Source: Eledone cirrhosa (taxonomy: Eukaryota). From it: DNA of 64,000 nt. Both the position numbers and the translations under genes were made by a program. Below are positions 36,412 through 47,705 of this stretch, piece after piece; position 1 is the stretch's first letter; every line of letters starts with the position of its first letter. The stretch lies in the NCBI GenBank assembly GCA_964016885.1, contig OZ024740.1:94612001-94676000 (forward strand), given 5' to 3'. The notes beneath the pieces are model-generated. The model had not been told where the DNA came from, did not search any database, and saw only the letters and a list, made by a program, of their open reading frames with translations.

Positions 36412-38505
36412 ATGGCTACCAAAAAGAAATTTCATACGTCACTCCCACTCATTCCGTCTTCTTCTTCCTCAATCATCACTACAGCAGAGAGAAGATTGTC
36501 TCTCTCCCTCCCTTCTTTAAATGTGTCTCTCTCCCTCCCTTCTCTTTCGCAAGCCACGAAAGAAAAGAAAAGTCTCGTGCAAAGCGTGCAAGGTTTCTCC
36601 ACGACGACGACGACAGCGACGAAACAGGTGTGCGGGAAATACGAAAACCCAGTTCATTCGTCTGACGTCAGGAATAATAGCAGTAGCAGCCGTAATAACA
36701 ACAGCAACAGTGACAATGAAAACAACAGTAGCAGCCGCAACAGCATCACCAGCAGCATAAACAACAACAGCATTAGCAGCAGCAACACCAACAACAACCA
36801 CAGCAACAGCGGCGGAGGCAGTAGTCGTAGTACCTGCAGCAACAAAAGTACCAGCAGCTCTGACGACAACAACAACAGCAGAGAAAAACCAATCTCATTT
36901 GCAGGTATTGCGAAAAACCTGGAAACAATCCTCATAACAAATGAGGAATTAGAGGAAGCGAAGAAGATGGTGACAAAGAACGGACACCGAGCAATCTGCA
37001 AGGCAGCGAAAAATTTTTTCGAAACCCAAGAGCACTGTACGGTCACGTACCGTACAGTAAGTACAAAATCCCGTAGGGTGGAAAGAGCCACAGAGGCCCA
37101 AATACAAAAAGCCTTGGGGTCTGTGTGGCAGAGGAAAACGCACATCACCCGAGGCAAAAAATACGCCACCGTAGACGTACTTTTTGCCACACCCCAGGAG
37201 GCAAAGGCCCAATCAGTAGTGACCCTAAGGAGCGAGGAAATGGTGTTGGTGCCCTCCTACTGTGGGCAAAAAATTGTGAGGGTCAAACTGACCCACGTCC
37301 CCCCCGGAATGACCCCTTCTTGGCTGGCCGCGTCTGTCCTCGTCGGAATCGAGGACAAAACAACTGTACTGCAAGTACAGAAAAAAGTAAGAGAAGATTG
37401 GGTCGGCTCCTCCATTGAGATGCTAATCCAAACCAACCAGGAGTGCATCGAAGCTATCCCGGATGTGATAGACTTCGATAACGGCACTCAACTGCCCATA
37501 AGTGTTGAGGGCAAACGCCCGAAATGCTTTCGCTGTGGATCGAAGACTCACCTCAGGGCCTTCTGCAACGAGAAGACCATGAGAAAGGAGAAAACCCCCC
37601 TCCTCCCGAATCCGGTTCCACGGCTACCAGCAACAGGACAAGCGGCAACCAGGAACGATAGGTCCGTGGCACCCATACCCACTCCACGGAAATCAAAGAC
37701 AGCAGCAGCAGTGGAAATATTAACAACAACAACAGCAATACCAAATGCAGCTGCAACAGAGACTCCAGTGCAAACATCACCAACAACAACAAGTGAAAGA
37801 GTGGAGCTGGTACCCCTCCCCGACCTTACAGAATCAGACATGGAGTGTGAGGTGGGAGAGGGATGGCAAAAGGTCGTAAGAAGGCACAAACGCAGAAGCA
37901 GCGCATCGTCGCCTTTGAAAAGGGAGGAAAGAAATGAGAAAAGGGTAAAGTCTACTGCAAAGAGACCCACAGCAGCAACACCACCAACACCATCACCACC
38001 CACACCAGCACCACCATCACCACCGGCGACAACCCCACCGCCAACAACACCTTCAACACCACCACCACAAGCACCAACATCGCAAACACAACAACAAAAC
38101 ACACACACCCAGCAACAACGACAAGAAAATAGCAGAACCACACCCCACCCCCAGAAAAACAAATGCACGGCAATAAACACACACAACAAGAAACTAATGA
38201 CTTACATAATTGAACACACAGACATTTCACAACAGGACTACATAATACCAGCACCAATCAAAACGCCAACTAACATAAGACTGCTAAAAATAGCACAGAA
38301 ACAATACACAAACATTAAAACGAAATTCCCCAACGCAGTTGGTGATTTCAGGGACCTAGGAGGAACCATTAATCGAAGAGTATATTCAGACATTCTCTTA
38401 GAAGAGCCGACGACCAGCCGAAGGGACGATTCAACGGTCCCTTCACCAGACGATCAAGTGAAAAGGGATGTAAAAACCATCCCTCCTCTACCAAAAGTAC
38501 GGTAA
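36412..38505 (+). CDS. ORF1 protein, copy 2 (same translation as copy 1)
   Basis: The ORF-track translation matches copy 1, including the CCHC knuckle. Confidence 0.88.
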   Translation: MATKKKFHTSLPLIPSSSSSIITTAERRLSLSLPSLNVSLSLPSLSQATKEKKSLVQSVQGFSTTTTTATKQVCGKYENPVHSSDVRNNSSSSRNNNSNSDNENNSSSRNSITSSINNNSISSSNTNNNHSNSGGGSSRSTCSNKSTSSSDDNNNSREKPISFAGIAKNLETILITNEELEEAKKMVTKNGHRAICKAAKNFFETQEHCTVTYRTVSTKSRRVERATEAQIQKALGSVWQRKTHITRGKKYATVDVLFATPQEAKAQSVVTLRSEEMVLVPSYCGQKIVRVKLTHVPPGMTPSWLAASVLVGIEDKTTVLQVQKKVREDWVGSSIEMLIQTNQECIEAIPDVIDFDNGTQLPISVEGKRPKCFRCGSKTHLRAFCNEKTMRKEKTPLLPNPVPRLPATGQAATRNDRSVAPIPTPRKSKTAAAVEILTTTTAIPNAAATETPVQTSPTTTSERVELVPLPDLTESDMECEVGEGWQKVVRRHKRRSSASSPLKREERNEKRVKSTAKRPTAATPPTPSPPTPAPPSPPATTPPPTTPSTPPPQAPTSQTQQQNTHTQQQRQENSRTTPHPQKNKCTAINTHNKKLMTYIIEHTDISQQDYIIPAPIKTPTNIRLLKIAQKQYTNIKTKFPNAVGDFRDLGGTINRRVYSDILLEEPTTSRRDDSTVPSPDDQVKRDVKTIPPLPKVR

Positions 38506-38540
38506 GTGGTCTTTCCCATCTTTTCCACTCTATTTTAAAC

Positions 38541-41500
38541 ATGACCTCACTCAGAATAGGCAGCATAAATGCGCGTGGCTTGGGGTCGTCATGGAAGCAG
38601 GGTCACCTGCTCAACGACCTCAGGTCACTAAACATAGATGTAGTGGCCATCAGCGAGACCAGAATCTCCGAAGCACGGGCCTTCGCACCGATCTTCGGCG
38701 GCTACGATGTGTACGCATCTCCCAGCCGTCCTGGATCGGGTGGAGGAGTTGCTGTGCTTTTTCGGAGAGGTTTGGATCTCGCCATACGGGCCATCTTCCT
38801 GGACCCAGAGGGTAAGCTGGTGGTGCTGGACGTGACCAGCGGAGACGGGCAAGCTTTCAGGCTAGTGGCCGTCTATGCCCCGACAGGAGCAGGGCGGCCT
38901 GATTTCTTCCGGCGTCTGGAGACCTTTCTTGGAACGTCCCGCTCTTTAGTGTTAGTGGGCGACTGGAACGGGATCTTAGATGCACGCTGGGACTGTGTGG
39001 GATTAGCGGATAGGGGTGGAGGGTGCAAGAGCCTCACCAACCTGCTCAGGCGTTTTGAACTGTCTGACAGGTACCGATTGGATTTCCCGAATGTGCCAAT
39101 GTGGACTTGGACAAACCGCATAGGGTCATCCAGATCATATCTAGATAGAGTATTTTGTAGGGAAATAGATAGGTCTAGCATAGGCTGTCCACAATTCAAG
39201 ATAGTCAGCTACACGGACCACAAATTCGTGACCTGTGTGCTTGACTTAGATAGGCTTCATAGACGAGGACCCGGCTACTGGAAGCTAAACGCGTCCTTAC
39301 CAGCGCGCAAGGCCTACAGAGACCGGATTAGCGAACTAGTTAAGCGGGCGTTGACGGGGGCCATCGTCAACAACAAGTGGTGGTTTGCTCTGAAAAGAGC
39401 GATTAGAATAGAATCGATTAGGTTTAGTAAGGCTTTAGCAATAGAGAAAAATAGAGCAGAGGGAGAACTAGTTAGAAAATTAGACGAGGCGCTTAGCAAA
39501 GGCATTGCGACCGACGTGCTTGCGGCGAAATTGGCCCTTGACCAATTCTTCAATGCAAAGCACGAAGGCTGCGTTGTCAGAGCTAGGGTGCGTGCTCTCA
39601 GACACGAGGGGACGAAAGCCGTTCAATGGGCCCGAGTGGCGGAGGCGCGTCGTGGCAACAAAGCCACGATCCGGTCTTTGGTGGACCACGACGGGCGCAT
39701 GCTACTCGATCCCGGGCAAATGTGTGAAGCTTTTCAGCGACACTTCGCTCAGCTGTTCGGGGGCAGCGGGGGGCCGGGTAGAGGGATGGACTTTAGTGTC
39801 TACCTCGACGGGCTGCCGCGGCTCTCGGCCACTGAGGCGAGGTGTTGCGAAAAGCCGATAACAGCCGCTGAAGTACGGGAGGCAATGACTGGCTGCACAA
39901 GGGGTAAATCGCCTGGTTTGGATGGTCTGCCCTATGAACTTTACGTACAGATGCCAGACTTGTTCGGAGGCCTCTTGGCGGACGTCTACTGCAACTGGCA
40001 ACAGAACGGGAGAATTCCCAGTTCTGTGAGCCGAGGAGCGGTGGCACTGCTGAGAAAGGATCCGAACAAGGGGGATAACATAGACAATTTCCGGCCCATA
40101 ACTCTGCTAAACACAGAGTTTAAGATTTTGGCCAAGGTGCTAGCAAAGAGGTTGGCGCTTGTCGTTGGTGGTCTGGTGGGAGAGGCGCAGACATGCGCCA
40201 TTCCCGACAGATCCATCCACGACAACCTCCACCTCATGCGATACATCGTAGAGAGGGTAGCTAGGGAACCTGGCACGGGTGGGTCCTTGATCAATTTAGA
40301 TCAGTCGAAAGCTTTCGATAGGGTCGACCATCGTTACCTAGCGGCAGTCCTGAGGGCGGCTGGCTTTGGGCCCGTCTTCAGAGGCTGGATCGCTGCCATG
40401 CACAGCGACATCTGCTCTGTGGTGAGAGTGAACGGTCACCTGTCGGAACCGTTCAACATCATGCGCTCGGTCCGCCAAGGATGTCCCCTCTCGTCCCTCT
40501 TGTACGTATTGACTCTCGAGCCATTACTGCACAAACTGGAGACGTTGAGGGGAGTCCCGCGCGAACTAGGATGCGGAAGATCCGTGTCAGCATATGCGGA
40601 CGATGTCACCGTAGTGGTGTCGAACGCCAAACACATCGAGGCGATCGGCACTACACTAAGAGAATACGAAGCGGTGACAGGAGCAATGATCAACCAGGAA
40701 AAGTCAGTGGGCCTGCAGCTCGGCACCTGGAGAGGCAGGTCCATGCCGTCCAACAGCGTCGTCGGGCGCTGGACGGACGGACCGGTTAAATTGCTAGGGG
40801 TCTGGTTCGGTCCGGACCTCCAGACGGACAAAAACTGGGACGAGGTGACGAGCAGGGTGGCTTCTCTCACCCAGAAATGGGCGGAGAGGAAGCTATCCCT
40901 GAAAGGTCGAGCGGAGGTGGCTAACGCGTACATCGCGTCTGTCATCTGCTACCGCCTAACCGTCGTACCTTGTCCTAAGCCTCGCCTGACTGCGCTGGAG
41001 CGTTTGCTCTTTCGCTTTTTGTGGAAGGGACGTGCTCCGATGGTCAGGCGGTCCATCTGTTGTCAACACCCGCTACGTGGAGGGCTGGGCATGCCGTGGC
41101 TGATGATGCGCAGGCACGCGCTCAGGCTACGACATCTCCACCTCTTCCTCGACGGTGATCAGGTGTGGTCGCCGTTTGCTAGACGCGTTTTTCCCCAGCT
41201 CGTTTCCTTGACGGAGCTGCAGTCCTGGGTCAAGCGAAGACCGAGAGGGAGCGCCTGGAGACTGGAATGTCTTCAGGCGCTCACAGCCCTCGACCAATCG
41301 GGCAATGTGATCGGTGGAAACTCCACCTCGGCGTTCTATAGAGGATTAGTGGAGGGGAAGAGCGACGACGTACTTGGGGAAACTCTAGGCGTCGACGAAA
41401 ATCAACTAGCCAATCTCTTCGGAAGAACTTTCGGGCCAGGGCCTATGGACAACTTCCAGAAATCTCTGGCCTGGCAGTGCTACCGAGGAGCCTTGCCAGT

Positions 41501-41960
41501 TCGGGATAAACTCTACAGGCATGGAGGTGCCGTCAACCGGGCATGTCCGAGATGCGCGCAGGGCGACGAAACCGTCCTGCACGCACTCGTCCAGTGTCCG
41601 AAAATTGCTGACTTGTGGGTTTATGTCGAACACCTGCTGTCGCGTTTAGGACGGATCCAGCTATCATCTGAGTCTATCGTGAGGATTGCCCCGCCCTCCT
41701 CCTTTAGCCGGGAAGGGCAGGCAGTTTTTATCTGTCTGGTGGCCATGGCGAAAGAGATAGTATGGTGGACACGTTTGAAAGGGCTGAAGACGAGCACTTA
41801 CCTCTTCGGTGATGCTCTGATTGACTTTTTCAAATTTCATTTGAAAAGGAAAATCAGAGTAGAGAAGGAAGTGCTCTCTTCCCAGCATTTTGTTGAAAGA
41901 TGGGTGAGAGAAGCAAGAATGGCCCGAGTGAATGGGCCGACTCTGAGTATATATCTGTAA
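38541..41960 (+). CDS. ORF2 APE-RT-CCHC, copy 2 (1139 aa)
   Basis: Same motifs as copy 1, with 7 amino-acid differences visible by eye. Confidence 0.96.
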   Translation: MTSLRIGSINARGLGSSWKQGHLLNDLRSLNIDVVAISETRISEARAFAPIFGGYDVYASPSRPGSGGGVAVLFRRGLDLAIRAIFLDPEGKLVVLDVTSGDGQAFRLVAVYAPTGAGRPDFFRRLETFLGTSRSLVLVGDWNGILDARWDCVGLADRGGGCKSLTNLLRRFELSDRYRLDFPNVPMWTWTNRIGSSRSYLDRVFCREIDRSSIGCPQFKIVSYTDHKFVTCVLDLDRLHRRGPGYWKLNASLPARKAYRDRISELVKRALTGAIVNNKWWFALKRAIRIESIRFSKALAIEKNRAEGELVRKLDEALSKGIATDVLAAKLALDQFFNAKHEGCVVRARVRALRHEGTKAVQWARVAEARRGNKATIRSLVDHDGRMLLDPGQMCEAFQRHFAQLFGGSGGPGRGMDFSVYLDGLPRLSATEARCCEKPITAAEVREAMTGCTRGKSPGLDGLPYELYVQMPDLFGGLLADVYCNWQQNGRIPSSVSRGAVALLRKDPNKGDNIDNFRPITLLNTEFKILAKVLAKRLALVVGGLVGEAQTCAIPDRSIHDNLHLMRYIVERVAREPGTGGSLINLDQSKAFDRVDHRYLAAVLRAAGFGPVFRGWIAAMHSDICSVVRVNGHLSEPFNIMRSVRQGCPLSSLLYVLTLEPLLHKLETLRGVPRELGCGRSVSAYADDVTVVVSNAKHIEAIGTTLREYEAVTGAMINQEKSVGLQLGTWRGRSMPSNSVVGRWTDGPVKLLGVWFGPDLQTDKNWDEVTSRVASLTQKWAERKLSLKGRAEVANAYIASVICYRLTVVPCPKPRLTALERLLFRFLWKGRAPMVRRSICCQHPLRGGLGMPWLMMRRHALRLRHLHLFLDGDQVWSPFARRVFPQLVSLTELQSWVKRRPRGSAWRLECLQALTALDQSGNVIGGNSTSAFYRGLVEGKSDDVLGETLGVDENQLANLFGRTFGPGPMDNFQKSLAWQCYRGALPVRDKLYRHGGAVNRACPRCAQGDETVLHALVQCPKIADLWVYVEHLLSRLGRIQLSSESIVRIAPPSSFSREGQAVFICLVAMAKEIVWWTRLKGLKTSTYLFGDALIDFFKFHLKRKIRVEKEVLSSQHFVERWVREARMARVNGPTLSIYL

Positions 41961-42220
41961 ACTAAAGGTGGAAAACTGGGAGAGGGCACTTGCCTTGGTG
42001 GTCAGGGTCATTATGGCTTTTTACTGGGCTTTCTCCACAAATGTCCCTCCGAAGTCTCCCCCCTATTGGGGAATTTTTCATTGTTATTTTCATTGTTATT
42101 TTTGTTACATCCTCTGTTTTTCTTTTTTTACACGCAGAAATGCCCATTTGTACCGTCCTGCATTGTCCTGCACTGTCCTTAATGTCTACTTTATGTAAAC
42201 CCTTGTGGTTAATAAAGAAA

Positions 42221-42277
<57 letters not shown>

Positions 42278-42286
42278 TCATCCTTA

Positions 42287-43003
42287 TCTATATTACTAAA
42301 ACAGAGAATGCCTGTCTGTCAGCATGTCGGTTCAATCACTAAAACTGGACAACCACCCAACCGCGTTTTTCAAACTTTACACATGAAATACTTATGGTCC
42401 CGTGACTGTTTTGAGAAGAGGAAATCTCAAATTGTTCATGCCCGAGGGACTGCATTAGGCGATTTAGCGATTTCTCTCTATAATGCTTAGTCTTTCTCTT
42501 TTTAGATGGATACATAGATATAACATCGTGCCTTTATAGTATATGTATATATGCCTGACTGTCTGAATTACCTCATTATGACGCGATCAGTGTGTGTGTG
42601 TGTATATGTATATATAGTGTGTGTATATATATATTCGTATGCCAGTGAACGTCTTCAAGAACCAAAGTATCGTCTTTTACATCTGCGTTCACAGATTAAT
42701 TTGTTTAGTTTCAGATGATCCCGTTAAGGGTGAAAGCAGCATTTCTTTGCTTAAACTTTAATATGTTATTGTAATATAGATATTCGTGTACATGTATTTT
42801 TACACACACAAACACAAACTATAAACAAAAAAAGCCGGGGATTACATAATCGCATGCATCACTGACAGATATTTTTGCATACACAAAAGCATTTTGAAAT
42901 ATTTACTTCTGCGTTCACTGATTGATTTGTTTAGTTTCAGAAGATCCCGTTAAGGGTAAAAGCAGCGATCCTTTGCTTAAACTTTAATCTGTTATTTTAA
43001 TAA

Positions 43004-43064
<61 letters not shown>

Positions 43065-43207
43065 TATATTCGTGTACAGATATGTTTACATACACAATAA
43101 CAAAATATAGACAAACGTACATTCACGAGACCCGATAAGGATAAATATATATCAAATATATAAGAATCCTGGAGCAGATCCCGAGCAGCGTCGGGCCATT
43201 CTGCTAT
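42287..43207 (+). mobile_element. Non-autonomous Helitron-like element
   Basis: 5' A|TCTATATTACTAAAACAGAGAATG..CTGTCTGTC. The 3' hairpin CCCGA gcagcg TCGGG is followed after ~8 nt by CTAT|T (a CTAG variant). There is an internal ~225-bp duplication (42680 vs 42905). Confidence 0.7.
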
Positions 43208-43219
43208 TCATTACTATTC

Positions 43220-46200
43220 GTTACGGACTTGTGAAGACGTGTTATTGTGAGACTCGACATTTAAAATCTATTTGTAGAAAATGATTGTGGTTAATTGCAA
43301 AAATGACACTAATTATTTTTTTCTGAAAATAAGATAACAGATTTTCGCTTCGGCCTAAATGTCGAAACATTCTTTAAAAAAAAAAAATCTTAAAATACAA
43401 ACTTGACGGTCGCAAAAGATTTCGCCCGCAAAAGAGAGCGATTCTTTCGATCAACAGAACACCAACTTTTCTTCCAACAGCAGTAGCAGTAGCAGCTGTA
43501 CTAATATCAGTATTACCAACAAACACGCTTATATCGTGAATTTGGTTTTCGAAATTAACGCAGTCGCCACTACAAAATAACTCATCAAAGAAACAAAAAA
43601 AGAATACCACAGCCATTACAACCAACATACTCACCAGAACTACAACCACCGCCGACACTAGCACCTCCATCACCGCCACCACAACAACAACTACAACAAT
43701 AGCACAACCACCACCGCTACAACAACAATAACAACAGCAACATCAGCAGCAGAGACAGAGATGTGTCAGAGACTGCATCAGCAGTAATATTGGAGCCGGT
43801 AGCAACACCAGCAGCACCAGCAGCCGCAGTATAGATAGCAGAATCACCAGCATCAGAGGCAATAACAGCGGTAGCTGCAACATCAGCGCTAGACCAAACG
43901 TAACGTTTGCGAGGGCCTCAAACAAAAGTAAACGGTCACGGTGACCCTCGGGAAAAGGGATAAAGGCAGACAAATGGTAAAACATTATGAACACTGGGTC
44001 AGCCTAACTCCTCCATCAGACATATATGTACGGTATTGTAGCGTACATTAGCATAATAATTGTTTCTACTTTTGGCACAAGGCCAGCAATTATCCAGTGT
44101 ATTACTGGTACTTTATTTTATCAACTCCGTAAGGATGAACTGCAAAGTTAACCTAGGCGGGATTTGAACTCAGAAGGGCAAGAGCCGTAACTCTATGCGT
44201 CAAAGCATGGCGTCCCACTCTCTACCGATACTGCCAATCCACCTCCCTTTTATTAGCGTAATAATACGCTTTTTTAGAGCTGGTCTCGTACTCTCAGGTA
44301 CAAAATGTTTTGGGAGCCGTATGGACTAAAGATACAGACAACACACGAGAGAATATAGGGAACTGCGGATGTGTTTATTGCAATCCAAAAATGAGCCACA
44401 GAACACTCCATGATGGAAATAAAAAGCGATGAGCTCTGTCTTGTCCCAAGCCACTACGGCAAAATACTCGAGTGCGAGTCACCCAGGTTCCCAACGCATT
44501 TGCCACTCAAAATCTGTTTTCGACCACATCGAAGATGACACCAGCTTCCTATAAAAAAAGAAGAATCATAGATGGCAACTGGTCCCCGTCAGGAATGGAG
44601 CAGCTGATCGAACTGGACCAGAAAAAAATTAAGCAAATCACAGATATCATAGACCTCCCATACAACAGCCCCCTCACGCTGACAGGCAAGCGTTGAAGGC
44701 AACAATGCCTAACAATTCCTGAAACAACCGACTTAAATGGCTTCTGTTTTCAGTAATAAGCACAAACTCAGCAACGGTAGCAAGAGCACCACTACCATCC
44801 ACCAAGCGAGAAGCAAAACAAACACCACAACCACCATCCACATGACAGAAACCACAACATCTCTGGAGGACACATCCGTTTTTGAACGGATTGTGACGAG
44901 GATGAGGGATTGAAAACAATCAAAATAAACAAAAAACAAAGAATGAATTATTTTGCTTCACCCAAAAAAGAAGGGGTTGAAACAAACAAAGAAATGCAAG
45001 AGATAAAAGCCCCGTAGACCACCACTGATAACATCATCAACTGACCCATCGTGTAAAACACCAATGTCATCACCATTATTAACTCCAACATCACCACCAA
45101 GACCACCGCAAAAATAAAATCACGAATAACAAACCAAACCGAAACAAACACACATGCGCAACCACATTAGGCGTAAAAACGATTAAAATCGATAAAACTG
45201 CAACGCACTACAGGGCTTTAAACACGAACAGCAAACAATGTAGAGCACTAATGCTAGCACATCACATGTACCACAGAGATAAACAAAACAATAACTCAAA
45301 AATTCACACTTCCCACATACATAGAATTAAGACGTATCTCCAAAAATACATATACACATTTTAAAGGAAAAATACCTAATGTCAGTTTAGATTTCCTCGA
45401 AATAGTCCCCTGACGGATGTACAAAGTTATATTTGCGGAGAGGGCTTCAAATAGCTAGAAGGACGGAGGAATTGTCCTTTCTCCACAATAATGATATAAG
45501 TTGTATTTCCCAGCTTTTCCTACTATTTTCAAATATGGGCTTCTTCAGAATAGATAGCGTAACTGCACATGGCATGGGGTATCATGGAAGCAGGGTCACG
45601 GGTCAACGATTTCAGGTCAATGATCATAGTTGTGGAGGACATCAGTGCGATCAAAAGTCCCAAAGCACAATTCTTTGCAACCAATTACGAGGCGTATGCT
45701 TAAAAGGTCTCCCTAAACATGGAGGAGGAGTCGCTATGTTGTTTAGGAAAGGACTCGATCTCGTGATACAGATCATTATGCTGGACCCAAATGGTAAGTC
45801 AGTGGTGCTGGACGTGACAGGCAACGAAAGCTATGCTTCAGCCTATTGGCTCTTATCTCCATCACCATGCAGGTCATTGTGTAATCTAACGTTTTCATTT
45901 GTTTTCCTCAATGAAGTTAATGGTTTAATGTTCCACCACCTCCGGTGATATTCTTTTAGGGGGGAGGGGCACAAATAAGCTCTGCTGCCAACGCCAGATT
46001 CGACACATAGTACCCCACAACCAGCATTAGCACCGGCAATTGAAATCGCAGACAACACACTTAAAACAAACATAGACACATCTAAATCAATACCATGACC
46101 ACCACCAACACCACCTCCACCACCAACATAATCACCCGAATGTAAACAAGCGCAACCAGTCAACATCAAAACACACAAGTCCTTGGTATATTAACAAGAG

Positions 46201-47705
46201 CCTACATGAAATTGATTGCCCAGTACCAGGAAGACAATAAATAGAAAACAACATGGATAATTTTGATACCAGTATATTTCGTGTACCAGAAGACCTGATG
46301 TTTGTATTATGTTGCTAGGTGCATACAAGAACATTAAGGAGATCTTTCAATGTGACGTTGGAACCTAATTCCTGAAGGGTTTCCCATTAAGATCCCCCAT
46401 TTGCTATTTCCATGGTTAACGTAGATATAGCTTATAGGCGAGAACCTGGTTACTGGAAACTCAACACTTCATCCCTAGCGCGGCGCGGCGTAAAGCGTGT
46501 AGAAAATGGGTCACAAATTTAGTTAAATTTAGGTTGACAGCGGGGTGATGGATAACAGGTTGTGTGTTGCTACAAAGAGCTAGATTAAAGTAGCGTCGAA
46601 GGGTTAGAAAAGAAATACAAAGGAGGGAGAGCTACTCGCTAAATGAGATGGTTAGAAGTGGCATTGCAATTGACGTGCGGTCGCAAAAATGGCTTTAGAC
46701 AATTTTTTTCACTTCGAACCAGAAGGGTTACAATATCAGAGCAAAGGCGCGGTAAATAAGAAACGAGAGAACGAAAGCTGTGGGATTGGTCTGTGTGGTG
46801 GAGTCGCAGCTTGGTAACAAATCCATGATTCGGTCGTCGATGGACACAGATGATCGAATGCTGAACGATTCGAGGCTGATTTGTGGGGCATTTCACAAGA
46901 CATTTGCTTACTGTTCAGAGGGAGTGGGACGTCGGAGTCCTTGTCGGATTTTAGTCCCAAACACGATGGCCTAACGAGACTCTCCCCAGACATAACTGAG
47001 CGCAGCAAAAGGCCGATAATTGGGACGAATGCACGAGAAGGGTGGCCATAATCCTCCACAAATGGCCTGAGAGTATAATATCCCTGAAAAATCGGTTTGA
47101 GGTGGCGAACACAAGCCTAGCTTGGCATTGGATTTATGTCAAGCAGCTGTTGCAACGTGGTGACGGATGAAGCTGTTGACCGCTCCATAATGAAGATCAC
47201 TCTGATGTCGTCTTGTGGTCGGGAAGGGCAGGCAATCTAACTAAGCCTGGTGGTCGTAGTGAAATAAGTTGTGACGTGGAGGGGTTGAATGGGTGGAGGA
47301 GTGCCACTTTGTCTTTGGCCAATATTTCATCAACTATATCAAGTTTCAGTTAGAAAAGTAAGTGAGTGTGCTGCTCCCATTACATTTGCTAAAATGAATG
47401 TGGATGAATGTTGTGATAACGGCCCATTGAATTGGCCTACACTAAGCAGTAGACTGTAGGATGATTGATTTGATGAGGTTGCCCTCCTTATGTGCGATTG
47501 GAGCGTCGGGGGTTTGAAAATTAGTGGGGTTCCTGAATCGTCTCCGCATGGTTCTCTATACTATTGGGGAATTTACATTGTTGAATGTTCTGGCAATTTG
47601 ATTTTATATAATTTTTCTCAATTACTTTTGTTAAACCCCACTTTTTCCTGTTTGTTATATATCGGCCCTTGTTGCAAAAAAAGATTTTTTAGAATTTATC
47701 ATTAA
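43220..47705 (+). mobile_element. Old, internally deleted relic of a related Tx1-type LINE
   Basis: ORF1-like low-complexity remnant at 43480-45470. ORF2 remnants: MGFFRIDSVTAHGMG.SWKQGH (45535), GGGVAMLFRKGLDL..LDPNGKSVVLDVT, PGYWKLN (46445), SLK..EVAN (47080), WIYVKQLL, GPTLS (47435). The tail is degenerate (ATT/ATC)n. Confidence 0.8.
44061..44248 (-). mobile_element. tRNA-derived SINE with target-site duplication, nested in the Tx1 relic
   Basis: Minus-strand A box TGGCAGTATCGG, B box GAGTTCAAATCC and Nin/Deu-like core. TSD is ATTAGCATAATAAT (44047-44060) / ATTAGCGTAATAAT (44252-44265). Confidence 0.85.

Larger units (their letters stand above)
36199..42222 (+). mobile_element. Full-length Tx1/L1-type non-LTR retrotransposon, copy 2 (head-to-tail, 6088-bp offset)
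   Basis: Same 5' and 3' termini as copy 1, followed by (ATT)18. Confidence 0.95.

Noticed and set aside
30165-42490. Many short antisense or overlapping ORFs inside the Tx1 copies
   Set aside because: They are shadows of the GC-rich ORF1/ORF2 and appear twice only because the element is duplicated.
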